Source: Octopus vulgaris (lineage: Eukaryota). From it: a stretch of 64,000 nt of DNA. Below the pieces are notes generated by a model that did no database searches, was not told where the DNA came from, and saw only the letters and a list, made by a program, of their open reading frames with translations. How positions within the stretch are numbered: the stretch's first letter is position 1; each line of letters starts with the position of its first letter. The position numbers were made by a program, and so were the translations under genes. Location: NCBI GenBank assembly GCA_951406725.2, contig OX597818.1, forward strand, positions 73,036,001-73,100,000, given 5' to 3'. Below, piece by piece: positions 41,030-55,333 of this stretch.

Positions 41030-43100
41030 GTTTGTGTCTTTGTGTGTATGTGTGTGTGCATACATACATATGTGGTGTGAATAGATGTGTCTGTGTGTCT
41101 GTAAGATCAGGTAGGATGGTGTCTGTTTGTCAACCGCGTGTGTGGTTGTCTTGGTGTTGTGTGTGTGTATGTATGTATGTGTGTGGATGGCATTTGGTAT
41201 GGTGCTGCGGGTGTATATGTGTGTCTGTATGGAGGTGAGATTGGTGTGAGTGTGTGTGTGTCCTTGTGTGCGAGCATATACATGTATACATGTGTTTGTG
41301 TGTTTGTGGGGGCTGTTTTTGATTGGTTCCAGCGTGGTGTAAATAGATGTTTGTTGTTTAAAGAATTTTTGGGGGTAGAATGGTGTGTGTATATGTGTGC
41401 CCGTTTGTGTGCGTGTGTGTGCGCGTATGTGTGTGGTTAATGTCTATTCGTGTGTTGCGCGTGCGCTAGTGTGTATGTGTCTGTTCGCATACGTGTCCAT
41501 GTCTGTTGGGTGCATCCGTGTGTCATGCGTGTACATGTGCCCTGCGTATGTTGGCACTGAGTATGTGCCCGTGTGTGTGCGTGAATACGGTGTGGGTGCA
41601 CGCTTCCTTGTGTGCGCATATACATGCATACACGTGTCTACGCGTGTGTGCGGGCCATACACACACTACATATACATAAATATATATATACATACACACA
41701 TATACACATCATACATATACACACCACACACACATCACACATCACACACACACCACACACACACACCACACACACATACAACACACATATATACAATACA
41801 CACACACACAACGCACACACATATAATACACACACACACAACACACACACATATAACACACACACACCACACACACACACATATACATGCAAAATATATA
41901 TACAACACATATACACCTAACACATATATACGTACAATACACATACACAGCATATATATAATACACCTACACAATATATACATATAACATATATACACAA
42001 TACAGCGGCGAGCTGGTTATATACATATAACATATATACACAATACAGCGGCGAGCTGGCAGAAGGCGGCGAGCTGGCAGAAACGTTAGCACGCCGGGCG
42101 AAATGCGTAGCTGTATTTCGTCTGTCGTCACGTTCCGAGTTCAAATTCCGCCGAGGTCGACTTTGCCTTTCATCCTTTCGGGGTCGATAAATTAAGTACC
42201 AGTTACACACTGGGGTCGATATAATCGACTTAATCCGTTCGTCTGTCCTTGTTTGTCCCGTCTGTGTTTAGCCCCTTGTGGGTAGTAAAGAAATATATAT
42301 ACACAATACATACATATAATATATATATAGACAATGCATATACATATATACATATATACATATACATAATGTATACATACACATACATAAACATACCACA
42401 TATACACACAATATACATACATACAATGTATATATATATATATACACATACATATAACATATATACACATAACATACACATACGCAATGCATACATATAT
42501 ATATATACATATAATGTATATACATGTATACATGTATATAATGTATATACATGTATACATGTATATACAACACACATACAATATACATATATACAATGCA
42601 TATATACACATACATATACACATAATGTACACATACATATAATATACATATACACAATGCACATACATATAATGCACACACATATATATATATATATAAT
42701 GCACACACACACACAATATACATACATATAACGTACACACACATACACATATACATACCACACACACACAATGCATTCACATATACACATATACAATGTA
42801 TACACATACATATATATATACAATACACACATATATACATATATATAACATATATACACATAAATACATACACACAATGCACACACACATACACACACAC
42901 ACAACGCACACATACACACACACACATCACACACATACATACATATATATAATGTATGCGTGTGCGTGCCGTGTATGTGTGTGGTCAATGACTGCTAGTG
43001 TGCTGCATGTGTACTGATGCGTGCATGTGTTTGTTTGCATGATACGGTGCGAATGTGCGTGTGTTTTTGTGTGTTTGTTTTGGATGTGTGGTTGGGGGGT
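41030..43100. repeat. Long degenerate (GT)/(CA)/(TA) low-complexity tract
   Basis: Direct reading. Confidence 0.9.
42048..42293 (+). mobile_element. Young tRNA-derived SINE
   Basis: ggcggcgagctggcagaaacgttag (A-box-like), gagttcaaattcc (B box), CpG-rich. atatatacacaataca on both flanks is a candidate TSD. Confidence 0.85.
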
Positions 43101-43974
43101 ATGTTAGAGTATGTTTAGTTGTGGTCTGTATTTTTGAATAAGATTATTTTCCCTATTAATTCGTGTTTGGCCTGTGGTGTTGTCCGGGCATTGGTAGTGG
43201 GAAGACTAAGAATTTGGGGGACTTATTGTGTGCACAAAGGTCTAAGTGTCCACTTAGTGGTATCTGTCTTGTGGAGGGGTCCCACAGTTGTTGGCGGTGA
43301 ACTGTCTTTCTTTCTCTGAGGCTATATATATATATATATAAGATATATATAGAGAGAGACAAGTAGATAGATGTATCTATATATTTACATGTATATAAGT
43401 GTACTTATACATGAATAAACAAACACACAAACACATATATATACACACACGTGTGTGTGTTTACTAATCATTGCATAAGTGTGTGTGCGGTTGCGCACGT
43501 GTATATGTGTGCGTTATTGCATAGTGCGTCAAAAGGATTAATGGGACCTATTCATTTGGGCGTGTGCTGTGATTTGTCCCATTTATTTGAACTTACAACA
43601 ATAATCCATTGTCATGCCTTAAAAATGTGCAGTTTTATTTCTAGCAACATGGGGCATTACGTACTTTCATCGTAATACATCGGAAAGGACTACCGTAGAC
43701 ATTTTTGCAAACAGCTTGACTGGATAATGATTGTCAATGGAGTACAATACACACTAAGCGAACCTCACCACTAAAATGTTTTGTAAGTGGAAAATTTAAA
43801 ATCTTACAACATTATTTTAGTTTTCCAAGTCGTCAAAGACGACTAATATAAACTAGCACTAGTTCTGAACGGAATGTTTCATCATGTTTGCGATTTCATT
43901 GCTCCTATTATCATGCCTGGACGAGAGCAATCTTTTGTTTGAAGCCAGATGATCAAAAACTATTAAATGTCGCT

Positions 43975-44239
43975 ATTCCTTAGATATAACTCGACAAAAT
44001 TAAAACATTTCACTACGGGTATTTCCGTGGGTTGTGGAGTATAGATATAACGACGTTATGCCAGCAATGTCTCATTTTACACTTGATGAAATAAAGCCTT
44101 GCATATTTGTACTTACCTGTTTCATGTGTATATGTAAAATACGCAAATTTCAAAGCAGAAAACAGAATCGAATTGTCATTTGCATCCACAGAAATACCCG
44201 GTGAAATTTTTTGATGTTGTCGAATTATATCGAAGGAAT
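43975..44239. mobile_element. MITE-like element with about 60-bp imperfect inverted ends
   Basis: attccttagatataactcgacaa...gggtatttccgtgg versus ccacagaaataccc...ttgtcgaattatatcgaaggaat. Confidence 0.65.
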
Positions 44240-44341
44240 GCCAAACTGTCTCTATAGATTCTTCTAATATTTGAAAATAAATCTAAAATTTATAATAATT
44301 CACCGTGCGTATTTAAATATTTTGGAGTCTTCCAACACACA

Positions 44342-44386
<45 letters not shown>

Positions 44387-44658
44387 TCATATATATATAT
44401 ACAGTCACATACAAAACATACAAAGAGGGACAGACAGAAAGACTGACATACAGAGAAGGTATTCTTAATAATATGTTGGCTAAATTTAAAGATATCTTTT
44501 TTTGCGTTAAGTGAGAGTATGTCAATAATATTCCTCCTCTGTATATGTACTTATTATTGGATGTTTTTTGTAGTCACTCACTGTATATTTTAATACATAA
44601 ACGGTGTGATATATACAAAGGCACATATTTATACACATACACTTACATTCACACAAAT

Positions 44659-44723
<65 letters not shown>

Positions 44724-44804
44724 TATATACATATATATATGTATATATATATATACATGTATATATATATACATACATACATACATATATATATGTATGA
44801 ATGT

Positions 44805-45072
44805 ATGTGGCTTAGTTGTTCGGGCATACGGCTCACGATCGTATGGTCGCGATTTCGATTCCTGGTGGTGGGTTGTCTCCTTGAACGAAACAATTTATTT
44901 GACGTTGTTCCAGTCCACCCAGCTGTCACACTGTGTGTGTCACGCTGAATCTCTCTGAGAAGTATGCGAGGGGGTACTCGTGTCTGTGGGGTGCTCAGCC
45001 AATGATACGTTATCACACAAGCAAGGTGTTCCGTTAATCGGATCAACTGGAGCGTAAGTGACGGAGTGCCAC

Positions 45073-45075
<3 letters not shown>
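44805..45075 (+). mobile_element. tRNA-derived SINE (CORE-like)
   Basis: tgtggcttagttg (A box), ttcgattcc (B box), cttgaacgaaaca...gttccagtccacccagctg. Confidence 0.7.
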
Positions 45076-45124
<49 letters not shown>

Positions 45125-45255
45125 CGTGTGTGTGTGTGTGTGTGTGTGCGTGTGTGTGTGTTTGTATGTGTGCTTGTGTTCATACCTATGTGTTTGTAGA
45201 TATATATGTATACTTGTGCTTGCATGTGCATTTGTATTTGTGAACACACACACGC

Positions 45256-45286
<31 letters not shown>

Positions 45287-47199
45287 AATACAAATATATA
45301 TATATATGCGTAAAGAACTTTCCCATTGTCATAAGTAAAATTTAGGTAAATCAATCATTAGATTTTTGATTTTGTATTCTACAACTACTTCAGAAAAGTA
45401 ATTAGTTGAACTACTAGAAACTTTAATCACACTTGATGATTTATTTGACGAAATTATGACTTGACGTTTCTTCTTTGATTTTAATGAAGGAGCTAGAAAT
45501 ATTTATTAAGTCATTGAAGAGGATGTTAAGTTTCAGGAAACCCACTTGACAAATACTTTCAGATTTCCATAGTTACTTTCAATGTAATTCAGTTACTGGA
45601 ATGAAATTCTAAATTAATCACTTAGAAATAATATATTTTATACGTATTTACACAGGTATTTTCACGTATTCATTGCATGAAATAAACAAATATTAAGGAA
45701 AATCTACTTAAAAGGTGCTAACAGACAAAATGTGTAATTCAATATATTATAGTTGATGGCATGCTTTAATAAATATCTAGCATTTTTTTCTAACAATCAG
45801 TATGTGTATAGATAAATATACTTCTATATATAAAAGTTTCACTGTGGTTATAGAATTTTACTGCAATTTGATGATCATATCTATGAATTCTTTATAAAAT
45901 TTAGGCACCGACAAATGTTGCAAATATGTAATGAAAGTTTTACATTATAATGTTATTTAAGTTTTGGACAACGATTGATAAGTGTTGAATGTATGTGAGT
46001 AATAAATTAAGGCTATATTGTCTTGCTCATATTGTAATTAAATTGCAGTTATATCGCCTTGGAAGTTGATTTAGAAATCTCAAAGCATCTATTTCTCTTA
46101 TAAACCGACTTCACTTTTGGAAAGTTTTGAACGTCAAAGTATTTCATTTTTCCCAAATAAAATATAGCGAAACTTAGAAAATAGAACTTAATTATCTCAT
46201 AATTAATATGTCGCTACATTTTGCTGTGCTATATCTTCAATCAATGAACGTGACTCTATCATGTATGTAAACAAGCTGCCTCGTGTTAGATCAATCAATC
46301 TCCAGTCAAGCGAGTATTTATCAAGGAGCCGTTGTTAAGTTCTGTCTAATAAAACTCAAAATCTAACTGATGGTTAAATTGCCATACCAAAATACATTTT
46401 GATCTCCTCAGAATTCGATTTTGTATGTCCATTATTAAACTATATTTGTAACATAGCAACAGATATTGTTATTTAACATGACAGTAGATAGAAATATTGT
46501 GATTTACAACATTGCCTCTCTGATAATCTTCTGTGTTGACGGCTGATTTGTCAGAGTCCGATAGCATCACCTGCTCCATAACTTCTGGCTCCGTGTTAAA
46601 AAATTCTACCGTTTTCTTAATATTTTTTCTTCTTTATAGAGTCGAAAAATAAAGTACCATATCTGTACTGAGGTAGTTCCTACTGTTTCTTTCTCTTTCT
46701 CTCTCGCTATCACTGAATCTGTCTTTCCTGTATCTCTGTCTAGGAAAACTAGTTTGTGATAAAACTTCGAGCAGTTTGGACTCGACCAGAACTGAAATTA
46801 CCGCACTGACCGCCTGTCATGCGATGACATTTCAATAGTCTTTGTAGTTATGAATGCAAGGGAGGATGGGTGAAAGAAAGTAATATTGGATCAAGTTGTA
46901 TGGCTGATGGTGACCTCTCTATTAAGTAGCTTTTTCTACCACACGAATTTGGTTCAGCAGACTGAGAGCTATTATCTTATAGTAAGAGAGACAAGGGATT
47001 TAACAGAATGGAGATATTATAGGGTTGCAAACATACGTATTTAAAGATACAGGTACTCTGTAAATACTGACCCACTTTTCATTACATGGAACACTCACGT
47101 GCGAATGTCGATTTCCGCTCTTTGTCTTCCACATTTCTCACAGTGAAAAATAGAGAATATCTATGTTTAGTAGCATGATCATAGATATACCTCAGCTGA

Positions 47200-47790
47200 A
47201 GAAATAAAGCTCTGTACACGATTGAACACGAACAGTACTCAGCTGGAACAACCACTGTCGCTCCAAGTGCTGGGTCTCGTTATCACCAAGGAATTTAATT
47301 GGTGAAAGCAATCTATTCGCCTAGCTAGGACAACATCGAAAAACCTGTTCATTGGCAGGATCAGAGCGCATTTGTCACTCAAATATCTTACTAAGTATCT
47401 TTAGTAAAGTATTTCTCACCCAAATATCTTACGAATTCTTACAAGGTTTAGTAAGATGCAATCTATGATACTACTCCAACATCCTCTTGCAATGTACACA
47501 GACATTCTGAATCGTATTAGAGAAAGAATGTCATCTAGGATGTAGTGATTAAATACCAATGGATTGTCTGTTATCCAACCCTAAGTGACACCGCTCAACC
47601 TCTGGTTCACATATATGATGCTTTCTCTTTCCGATTTACAATTGTTACTATAACGTTTCTGCTTTTCTTAGCTGGCTGAATCACTCCTCTTTCAATCCCT
47701 GTCACACTGTTACCTCCAGCTTTCTGGTCTTACACACTAATCAGTATGCTCCACTCTTTCTTTCCAGGATATGAGAATCCTACAGTCTTC
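47200..47790 (+). mobile_element. Old LINE RT C-terminal remnant
   Basis: LGLVITKEFNW*KQSIRLARTTSKNL and YFSPKYL resemble the post-RT region of CR1/Jockey-group LINEs. Confidence 0.45.
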
Positions 47791-48829
47791 AAATTAATCA
47801 TGATCTTCATGCATAAGTACCTAAACTGGAAATTAGGAGCAATAAGCCCACACTGACCCCGATATAGGAGGTCTTGAAAACATGGGCTCTGCGTCATCTC
47901 TCTATACACAGACACAGCAAGTAAGGATATATAACAACTATAATACATATATAGAAAAATGATCAAATTTAATCGAGACTTTATATGAAGTAGGCATCAG
48001 CTCAGTTCTCATTACACATTGAAGCTAATGCATCAGAGTAACAATAACCCTGGATAAGAGTTGATTATCTAAAATATATCAGGAAGTTTGTCTACTTGAC
48101 AAATCAATATTTTATTTATAGGAAATATCGCTTACGCTTAAAAACTCTCATTAAACCATATTCTTAAATTAGTAATATCTTCTAATTACACACCGATATG
48201 AGAGCTCATACTAAAATGATGTTCTAAAATTGAACACAAAATGCATTCAAGTTATCAGCGATGACGTTTATAAATTGCAGATTTGCAAAATTATATTTAT
48301 TTATAACGTGTGATATGTTGTGTACAAAAATTACTAGTATTTGATAATTAATTGTAATTTAGTTAATACGCTAAATTAAATAAATTTAGCATGAACGTTC
48401 CTGTAAAATGCAATTTTATTTCATTAGGATTAAGGCTAATGATGATTTTTCTCGGTAATCAAATACGATTTTCCTAAATATAAACTTAACCGTTTTAAAG
48501 TTAATAATTCTCATGTTTCAGATCTTATCCAAGAAAAAATGTTTAATTATTTAATGTGTATGTGTGTGTGTGTGTGTGTATGCGAATTAGTGTGCGATTG
48601 TTTATCAATGCTTGCCTTTACGCATTTAGAGACAAATATATGCGTGTATATATATGCACACACGCACAAACGCAACACGCTCGCACATGCAGGTGAACAC
48701 TGACACACACGAACACAGATACACATAATAAGAAGGACAGAACGAGAGGAAAAAGAATTCGTTATTCTTTTATTGTTTTAATGTTTTCGGCCCGAGGATT
48801 GCGGCAATGTTGGAGCACCTCCTTGCTTC

Positions 48830-50770
48830 ATTTTCAAATAGTTTTGTCGCTTTATGTCTAGGAGTTCTGCATTTTTAGCAGTTGATCTTGCCTCAGTGTA
48901 TCCTTGAATGCTTGGCTGGTCCGGTATCGTCGTTAGGAGGTTATCAAATGTTCGTTTGAATGTTTAGGTAGAGATCCTTTGCAAATATGTGATTTTTTTA
49001 ACAATTGATGACATCTAATTATTACACTGGTACAATAACGTTTATGCTCGTGATTTCGAAGGTAATATCTTTGGAAACTGACATTGCCTACTTTGTGCAT
49101 TAAACTCTTTCTACTTACAAATTTTGGAAAATGCCCCTCCAGGATTTTCCATACGTGTATGAGAGTATGTCTCTCTGTTAAATGTTCAACAGAGTAGAGA
49201 CGACGAAATTTGAGACGTTCCCAGTAATTAAGACTGTTAACTGAAATTATTTTACTCATAAAGTTTCTTTGTAATCCTTCAATTTCCATTAAGAGACCGG
49301 ATAAATTTGGATACAATGCTGAGAACAGTAATCTAGTATGCTCAGAACTACGATTTTTCCATACTGTCAGCATAAATATGGGTTCTCTTGTCACGATATT
49401 TCGTAGGATTCATCCGATAAGATGTCTGCATTTAGAGGCTGGTTTGTGATGTGACTGATGAAGTGAGTACTCTGACACATTGTATTCTGGTGTTGAGTAA
49501 TGGGATTTATATGTATTCCCGCAGTAATGCAGAACCAGAAATTTTGATGCATTCAATTTCATATTCTTTTTATTTGCCGCTTGATAAATCAGGTTTAGCT
49601 AATTTTGGAGAGTGATGGGATCTTCAGCAGTTTCAGCAGCCATTGATATTTTTATGTCATTAGCATAACTCGCCAGGGTGGCAGAGTGTACTCTTGAGAT
49701 TACAACCGATAGGTGATAATGAATAATAATGGTATTCGTACTATTCTTTTATTACAGGTGACTTACCGGAGAGAAAACCATTTGTAGTAACAGATTGTTT
49801 TCTGCCATGTATGACGTCAAAGAGTCATACTCCGAGTTTACCTGAGATACCAATATTCCATTACCTATGAGAGATGATTCCCTGATCAATCTTGCCAAAC
49901 TCTTTACCATAATCAAGGCATAAACAGTCAGTGAGCATTCATCTCAGGAGATTATTGAGTATAGTATTATGGTGCTGCAATATTTGTGACAGGTTAATTC
50001 GTCCAGTTCGAAAACAATAATGTGCATTATCTGCTAACTTGTCTTCTAGTTACGTAATTATTCTTTTCCAGAGAATGTGATCGACAACTTAAGATATGTG
50101 AGATGTGATAAAACAGGTCTGTAATTTATAGCTTCAACCCTTGCGACCCACTTTATGTGTAGGTGTTACTATTACTTATTTTAGTGTGCCGCTCTCTAGT
50201 GACTTTTGAAATAGCATCTTTGTTGGTTTGGTGCGGCTGTTTTAGCACAATTTTAGCAATATGGCTGAGAGACAATAAAGTCCAGATAATGAGTTTGAAT
50301 CGAGATAATTCGTAGCTGCAAGCAGTTTAACTTCCGTAATATCCTTAATTTCTAGTCATGTATGTAGTTGAATTCTGGGGATCAAAGTATACGTTTGGAT
50401 TATGTACTATTTTGTTGGTTATTGTTTGGCTGGAACATTGTTGACTCGTGAGTACGCATATTTACGATGAATCATTTGTATTTGATTCATTTTTGTTCAT
50501 TAAAGGCCTATCTCGTTCTGAGTAGATGACTGTTGTTTAGCACAGCGGAAAAAGAACTTGGGATTAGATTTTATGTTCGCCAGTGCTCAGTAGTGAAATC
50601 TCTTTCTTATAAGATAATTTTATGTCCAGTCCAATGTTTTTTGTATTCTTATTTATATTCCGCAATCTCATCTACAGGAAGAGCTTGGTTATTTTTGTTG
50701 TTTAGTTTGGTTGGTTCTGTTACGCATCATCTTTTATTTACTTTTTACCCCTTTCTTTTCCTCATCTCTA
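48830..50770 (-). mobile_element. Old CR1-group LINE remnant
   Basis: Minus strand FRTGRINLSQILQHH, LDYGKEFGKIDQG, ASYANDIK (YADD relic), IEGLQRNFMSKI..LNYWERLK. Confidence 0.75.
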
Positions 50771-51056
50771 CTTCATCCTTTAAATCTCTCGCACTACTAT
50801 GTGAACTGCTTTTCCTAATTGTTTTTTCCTGACGAAGGAAGCCGGTCTTATGGTAAATATCTACGCGGCTATTTGCTGGTTGCAAACCTATGATATTTTG
50901 TACATTCCATCTGCTATACGTAATTCCGAGCTATCAGAAAACACTGTTGCGTCCAAAATAAAACAACTATGCATTCTCTCCTAAGTATTCTGTATTCATT
51001 ATGCTCTATGTAAATATATTTGACGATATATATGTGCTTGTACTTATATGTATTGC

Positions 51057-51113
<57 letters not shown>

Positions 51114-52280
51114 ATATGTACTCTTTTACTCTTTTATTTCTTTGTCCTTTGACTGCGACCATGCTGGAGCAACGCCTTTAAAGCGGAATGAGAGTGGCGA
51201 AACAAAGTAAAAGAGAGAGAGAGAGAAAGAGAGAGAGACATACACACATACACACATACATACAGATATGAAAGTATAAGTGTGTGTGTGTGTGTGTATA
51301 TATACACACGAACACACATATTCATATCTGTATGTTTGTGCGTTCGTGTGTATGTTTGTGTGTATGCATGTATATATATAATCACAGGTATAATTATTGC
51401 CATTATCAGGCAGGCACTGATGTTAAGGAAAAGAAGTGTCTAATATGCCTGTTATTGATTGATATGTCCTTTGTTGAAACTGAATAAATACAAAACTCAA
51501 TGTCTGTATATTATGAAAAGAAAATCGAAATATGAGGTAACTAACACATTATAACAGAAAATAGACCCCTGCAAGACTTCGGTCATTCAGTGCTTTTAAA
51601 ATATCAACGTCACACGGACACATTAACTATAATATAACGATTATAAATTAAACATAATACTGACCTTGCACTGTTTATTACGTCTCACTTTATGTTACTT
51701 GTGGTTGTTGATGTCTGGCAGAATACCTGAAGACAAAATATTCAGTGTCAGTTTATTATATATTACATACTTATTTTTGGCACAAAAATTTTACATAATA
51801 CTGTAATATTGCAAAATATTTTATGCAATGCAATTTCAGACAGACACGCATACACAAATATATACATGCACATAGATAAACATATACATAAATGCACACC
51901 CCACTACATATGTATATAAGCACATACTTGTACACATACACACAATGTCTGTTAATGTAATTTATGTGTGTGTGAGCGTTTTTGTGAGTCTTATTTATAG
52001 AAAGTGAAAAGCAATACCTTTTAGTAGAGTGCTTTATATAAATCAACAGATTGACAGTTAATTCAATGTTTAGCCTTGCTCGCCTTCATGACGAAAGTGT
52101 GCTGAAAGTGAATATTCAGAAACTATGGTGATTAAGTCAAAATCTAACAAGCGAAATTATAAGATATTTGTTACACTACTTAAAAGTATTGCGTTAATGC
52201 ATGATCCTTTTCCTTATGTAACAATACATAAAACTAACAGTAATACACGCGTATGTGTGAATGTATATATATACACCCTC

Positions 52281-52353
<73 letters not shown>

Positions 52354-52354
<1 letters not shown>

Positions 52355-52802
52355 GAGGGTGAGTCAAAACGTAATGCCATTTTGTTTACGACAGGTATAA
52401 TTACCAACACAGGAATATGTATCATACATCAAAATAAAGCTGGTATTCTAATTCTGTATATTGTCGTAGTTTCCCTCAATAACAATGTTCCATCTTCGAA
52501 TGAGACCCTGTTTTCCTGCCCCGTAAAATTATGTTGACTGTTCTTCGAGCCACTTCTTCAGTACAGTTTTCACTTCCTCGTCAATGAACTATCATCGTTA
52601 CTGGACTATCATCTCTTCGGCCCCATGAAAGAGCGTTTGAGAGGCAAACATTATTCCAGTCCTGAAAGAAACTGTGACTATGCTCAGAAGTAGGAATGTG
52701 GTCCACAGAGGACCAGCATCGTTTTGATATCTGATACACATTCCTGTGTTGGTATTTATACCTGTCCTAAACAAAATGGCATTACTTTTAGACTCACCCA
52801 CG
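52354..52802. mobile_element. mariner-derived MITE with about 90-bp TIRs
   Basis: cgagggtgagtcaaaacgtaatgccattttgttt versus aaacaaaatggcattacttttagactcacccacg, followed by TA. Confidence 0.85.
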
Positions 52803-52887
52803 TATAATATAGATTTATGTATATGTATGCATATATATATATATATATATATATCAATCAAAATAAAAACACGATGCCAAGGATTCA

Positions 52888-52965
52888 GCGGTACATATGT
52901 TTCGGGCTTTTATTAGACGGATTTATAACAATGCATATTGTGTGTCTATGGCCTTCTTCAGCCGC
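52888..52965 (-). ncRNA. Type I hammerhead (left arm)
   Basis: gcgg-CTGAAGA-aggccatagac...gtctaataaaagccc-GAA-acatatgT-A-ccgc. Confidence 0.7.
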
Positions 52966-53266
52966 GCACAATTACTACCTCAAGGACATGTATTACATCA
53001 AAAATTCTACTTTGGGGATGCAAATCCTCTCAGTCGCGTACGACATAATGCGGTACCAGCACAAAAATGAAGCGTCCATCCCGTCCTTCTCTCAATGTAG
53101 ATTCTACATTGTAGATTCTACAATGTAGATTCTACACTGAGAGAAGGACGGGATGGACGCTTCATTTTTGTGCTGGTACCGCATTATGTCGTACGCGACT
53201 GAGAGGATTTGCATCCCCAACGTAGAATTTTTGATGTAATACATGTCCTTGAGGTAGTAATTGTGC

Positions 53267-53344
53267 GCGGCTGAAGAAGGCCATAGACACACATTGTGCA
53301 TTGTTATAAATCCGTCTAATAAAGGCCCGAAACATATGTACCGC
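53267..53344 (+). ncRNA. Type I hammerhead (right arm)
   Basis: gcgg-CTGAAGA-a-ggcc-a-tagac...gtcta-ataaa-ggcc-c-GAA-acatatgT-A-ccgc with palindromic ACATATGT loop III. Confidence 0.78.
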
Positions 53345-53443
53345 TGAATCCTTGGCATCGTGTTTTTATTTTGATTAATTTACTACACGACCAAACGGTA
53401 TATACATGTGCTTACAATTATCAAGAACCACCTGAATTTTTAT

Positions 53444-53495
<52 letters not shown>

Positions 53496-53611
53496 AACTT
53501 ACTTGAAAGGGGATGCATGGCGTTCGATCATATAATAACAAATTAATAAATAAAACATATGTATACATACATATATACACATACCTACATCTATATGTAT
53601 ATATACATGCA

Positions 53612-54000
53612 TATATGGGTATAGGACACCTAAAAAACGTAGAACACAACGAGAAACGAAAACATAAAAACAAAAACATGGAAAAGGACTTTTTCAAACA
53701 ACGAAAAAACAGAGTACAAGACATACAACACAAGGAACATTCCCCGTCTTCAGCTGCCCCTGCTTTGACTACTCAGTGTTTCAAAGGTAAGGGCAAGGCA
53801 CGACTTCGTTGAAACAGTCCTTCCCGCAAAGCAAATTAAATAAAATTTGGGATTTTTTGCGAAGGGGTAAAAGTGGTGAGAAGAACAGGACAGTAAAAAC
53901 AAAACAAGACAGTAAAAGCAATACAAATAAAAATAGTAAAAGAGAGGACAAGGAGAATAACACAGTAAACACAAACGATAATTGTTTTTAAGCCGAGACG
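53612..54000 (-). mobile_element. Short non-coding element with rearranged hammerhead (family with 8410-8840)
   Basis: Homology blocks shared with 8590-8840. Ends in TA-rich microsatellite. Confidence 0.7.
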
Positions 54001-54199
54001 ATGGAAAAATTATGTTGAACGCATTGAGAAAACGGCTTACGACGACAGGAGAAGCCTTGTAGACTTGTTGAAGGCAGTAGTGAGAAAGAGTTACCCTCTG
54101 GTCAGCGACGAGAGGGAGGAAGAGGAGGAGGAGGAGTAAGAGAGAGGGAACGGTGAAAGGGAGAGGAGAAGAATGCAAAGACGCATACATATAATTGTT

Positions 54200-54882
54200 T
54201 TATGAATAATGGTTGAAAACGAAACTCCTTGGAGAGATTAGTCGCGGAAGAGAAAATCCGGTTCCATAACTTTGGCCCAGAATCCAAAACGCAGGGTATG
54301 CTATGGAATCTCCCGGGATATCCAGAAATCCAAAACGGAATTCAAAACGCAAAATTCCACAATAAAATTATACTAATTTTTGTTCGCTATGCAAAATGTT
54401 CTATACTGGAACATTACGCGGACAAATGTAGAAAACAGTGAAATACTGACCAACAAACTGAAGTATGTAATTCGTACCGAACGACGAAGTTTATTGTCAA
54501 AGGAACTGCTATTGCTGCACGACAATGCATGCACAAATACAGCTGTCTACATCATTGAAACCATTGAAAAATTGCGTTTCACATTGTTCGGGCAACCTGC
54601 ATACAGTTCAGATCTCAACCCTTTCGACTACCCCTCTTCGGATCGCTCGAACGTTCTTTACAAGGTGGTTGATCTGCTACAGACAAACAAGAGCCCCACA
54701 ACTAGCTTTGCGACCAGCCAAATGCTTTCTTCTGCGATAGAATAAGCAAGCATGTGAACGATCAAAGAAGTGCGTCGAAAAGCAAGGAGATTATGTCGAA
54801 AATGATGTGATTGTGTAACCTCTGCTTTCGTTTTAATAAATTACAGAATGAAGATTGCGTATAATTTCTGACTTGCCTTCGT
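54200..54882 (+). mobile_element. mariner 3' half, decayed
   Basis: ERLVAEEKIRFHNFGPESKTQGMLW, LLLHDNA, QPAYSSDLNPFDY. Ends ttctgacttgccttcg|ta. Confidence 0.8.
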
Positions 54883-55285
54883 ATACATGAGTCCGGAGTT
54901 TGGCTACTTCTCAGAGTATATGTAGCAAAAAAAAAAAAAGATATGAGACATTGTTTATATGATGCTAACTTACAGGATCTTATGCATATTTCATGACAAA
55001 TCATGCTTATTAATCACTTAACATAGATTGCAGAATCAAGACTAATTATGAAATCATCCGAGACGTGTGATTTTTATACAGTCACTCACCTCTTTTACAA
55101 TTGGCGACTCTATTAGCTTTTAATAATCCAATAAAGTATGGAAGTTACACGTCTCTGAATACTTAACCATAACATTTGAGTATGTTATTTGTTATATGTG
55201 CAATGAGATGTTATTGAAATGTTAACGAAATGTATATGAGATAGAGTAGCTATCATGTAAACAATCTCACTTGTTCTGTTTTAGC

Positions 55286-55333
<48 letters not shown>

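Larger units (their letters stand above)
52856..53376. mobile_element. 521-bp near-perfect palindrome with a hammerhead in each arm
   Basis: Arms differ at about 6 positions by eye. Centre 53116 lies inside three copies of tgtagattctaca. Confidence 0.93.

Noticed and set aside
50821-50943. CTGACGA-a-ggaa...ttcc-GAGC-ta-TC-agaaaac hammerhead with long stem II
   Set aside because: GAAA is not intact and the insert is long, which is too permissive to call without a consensus.
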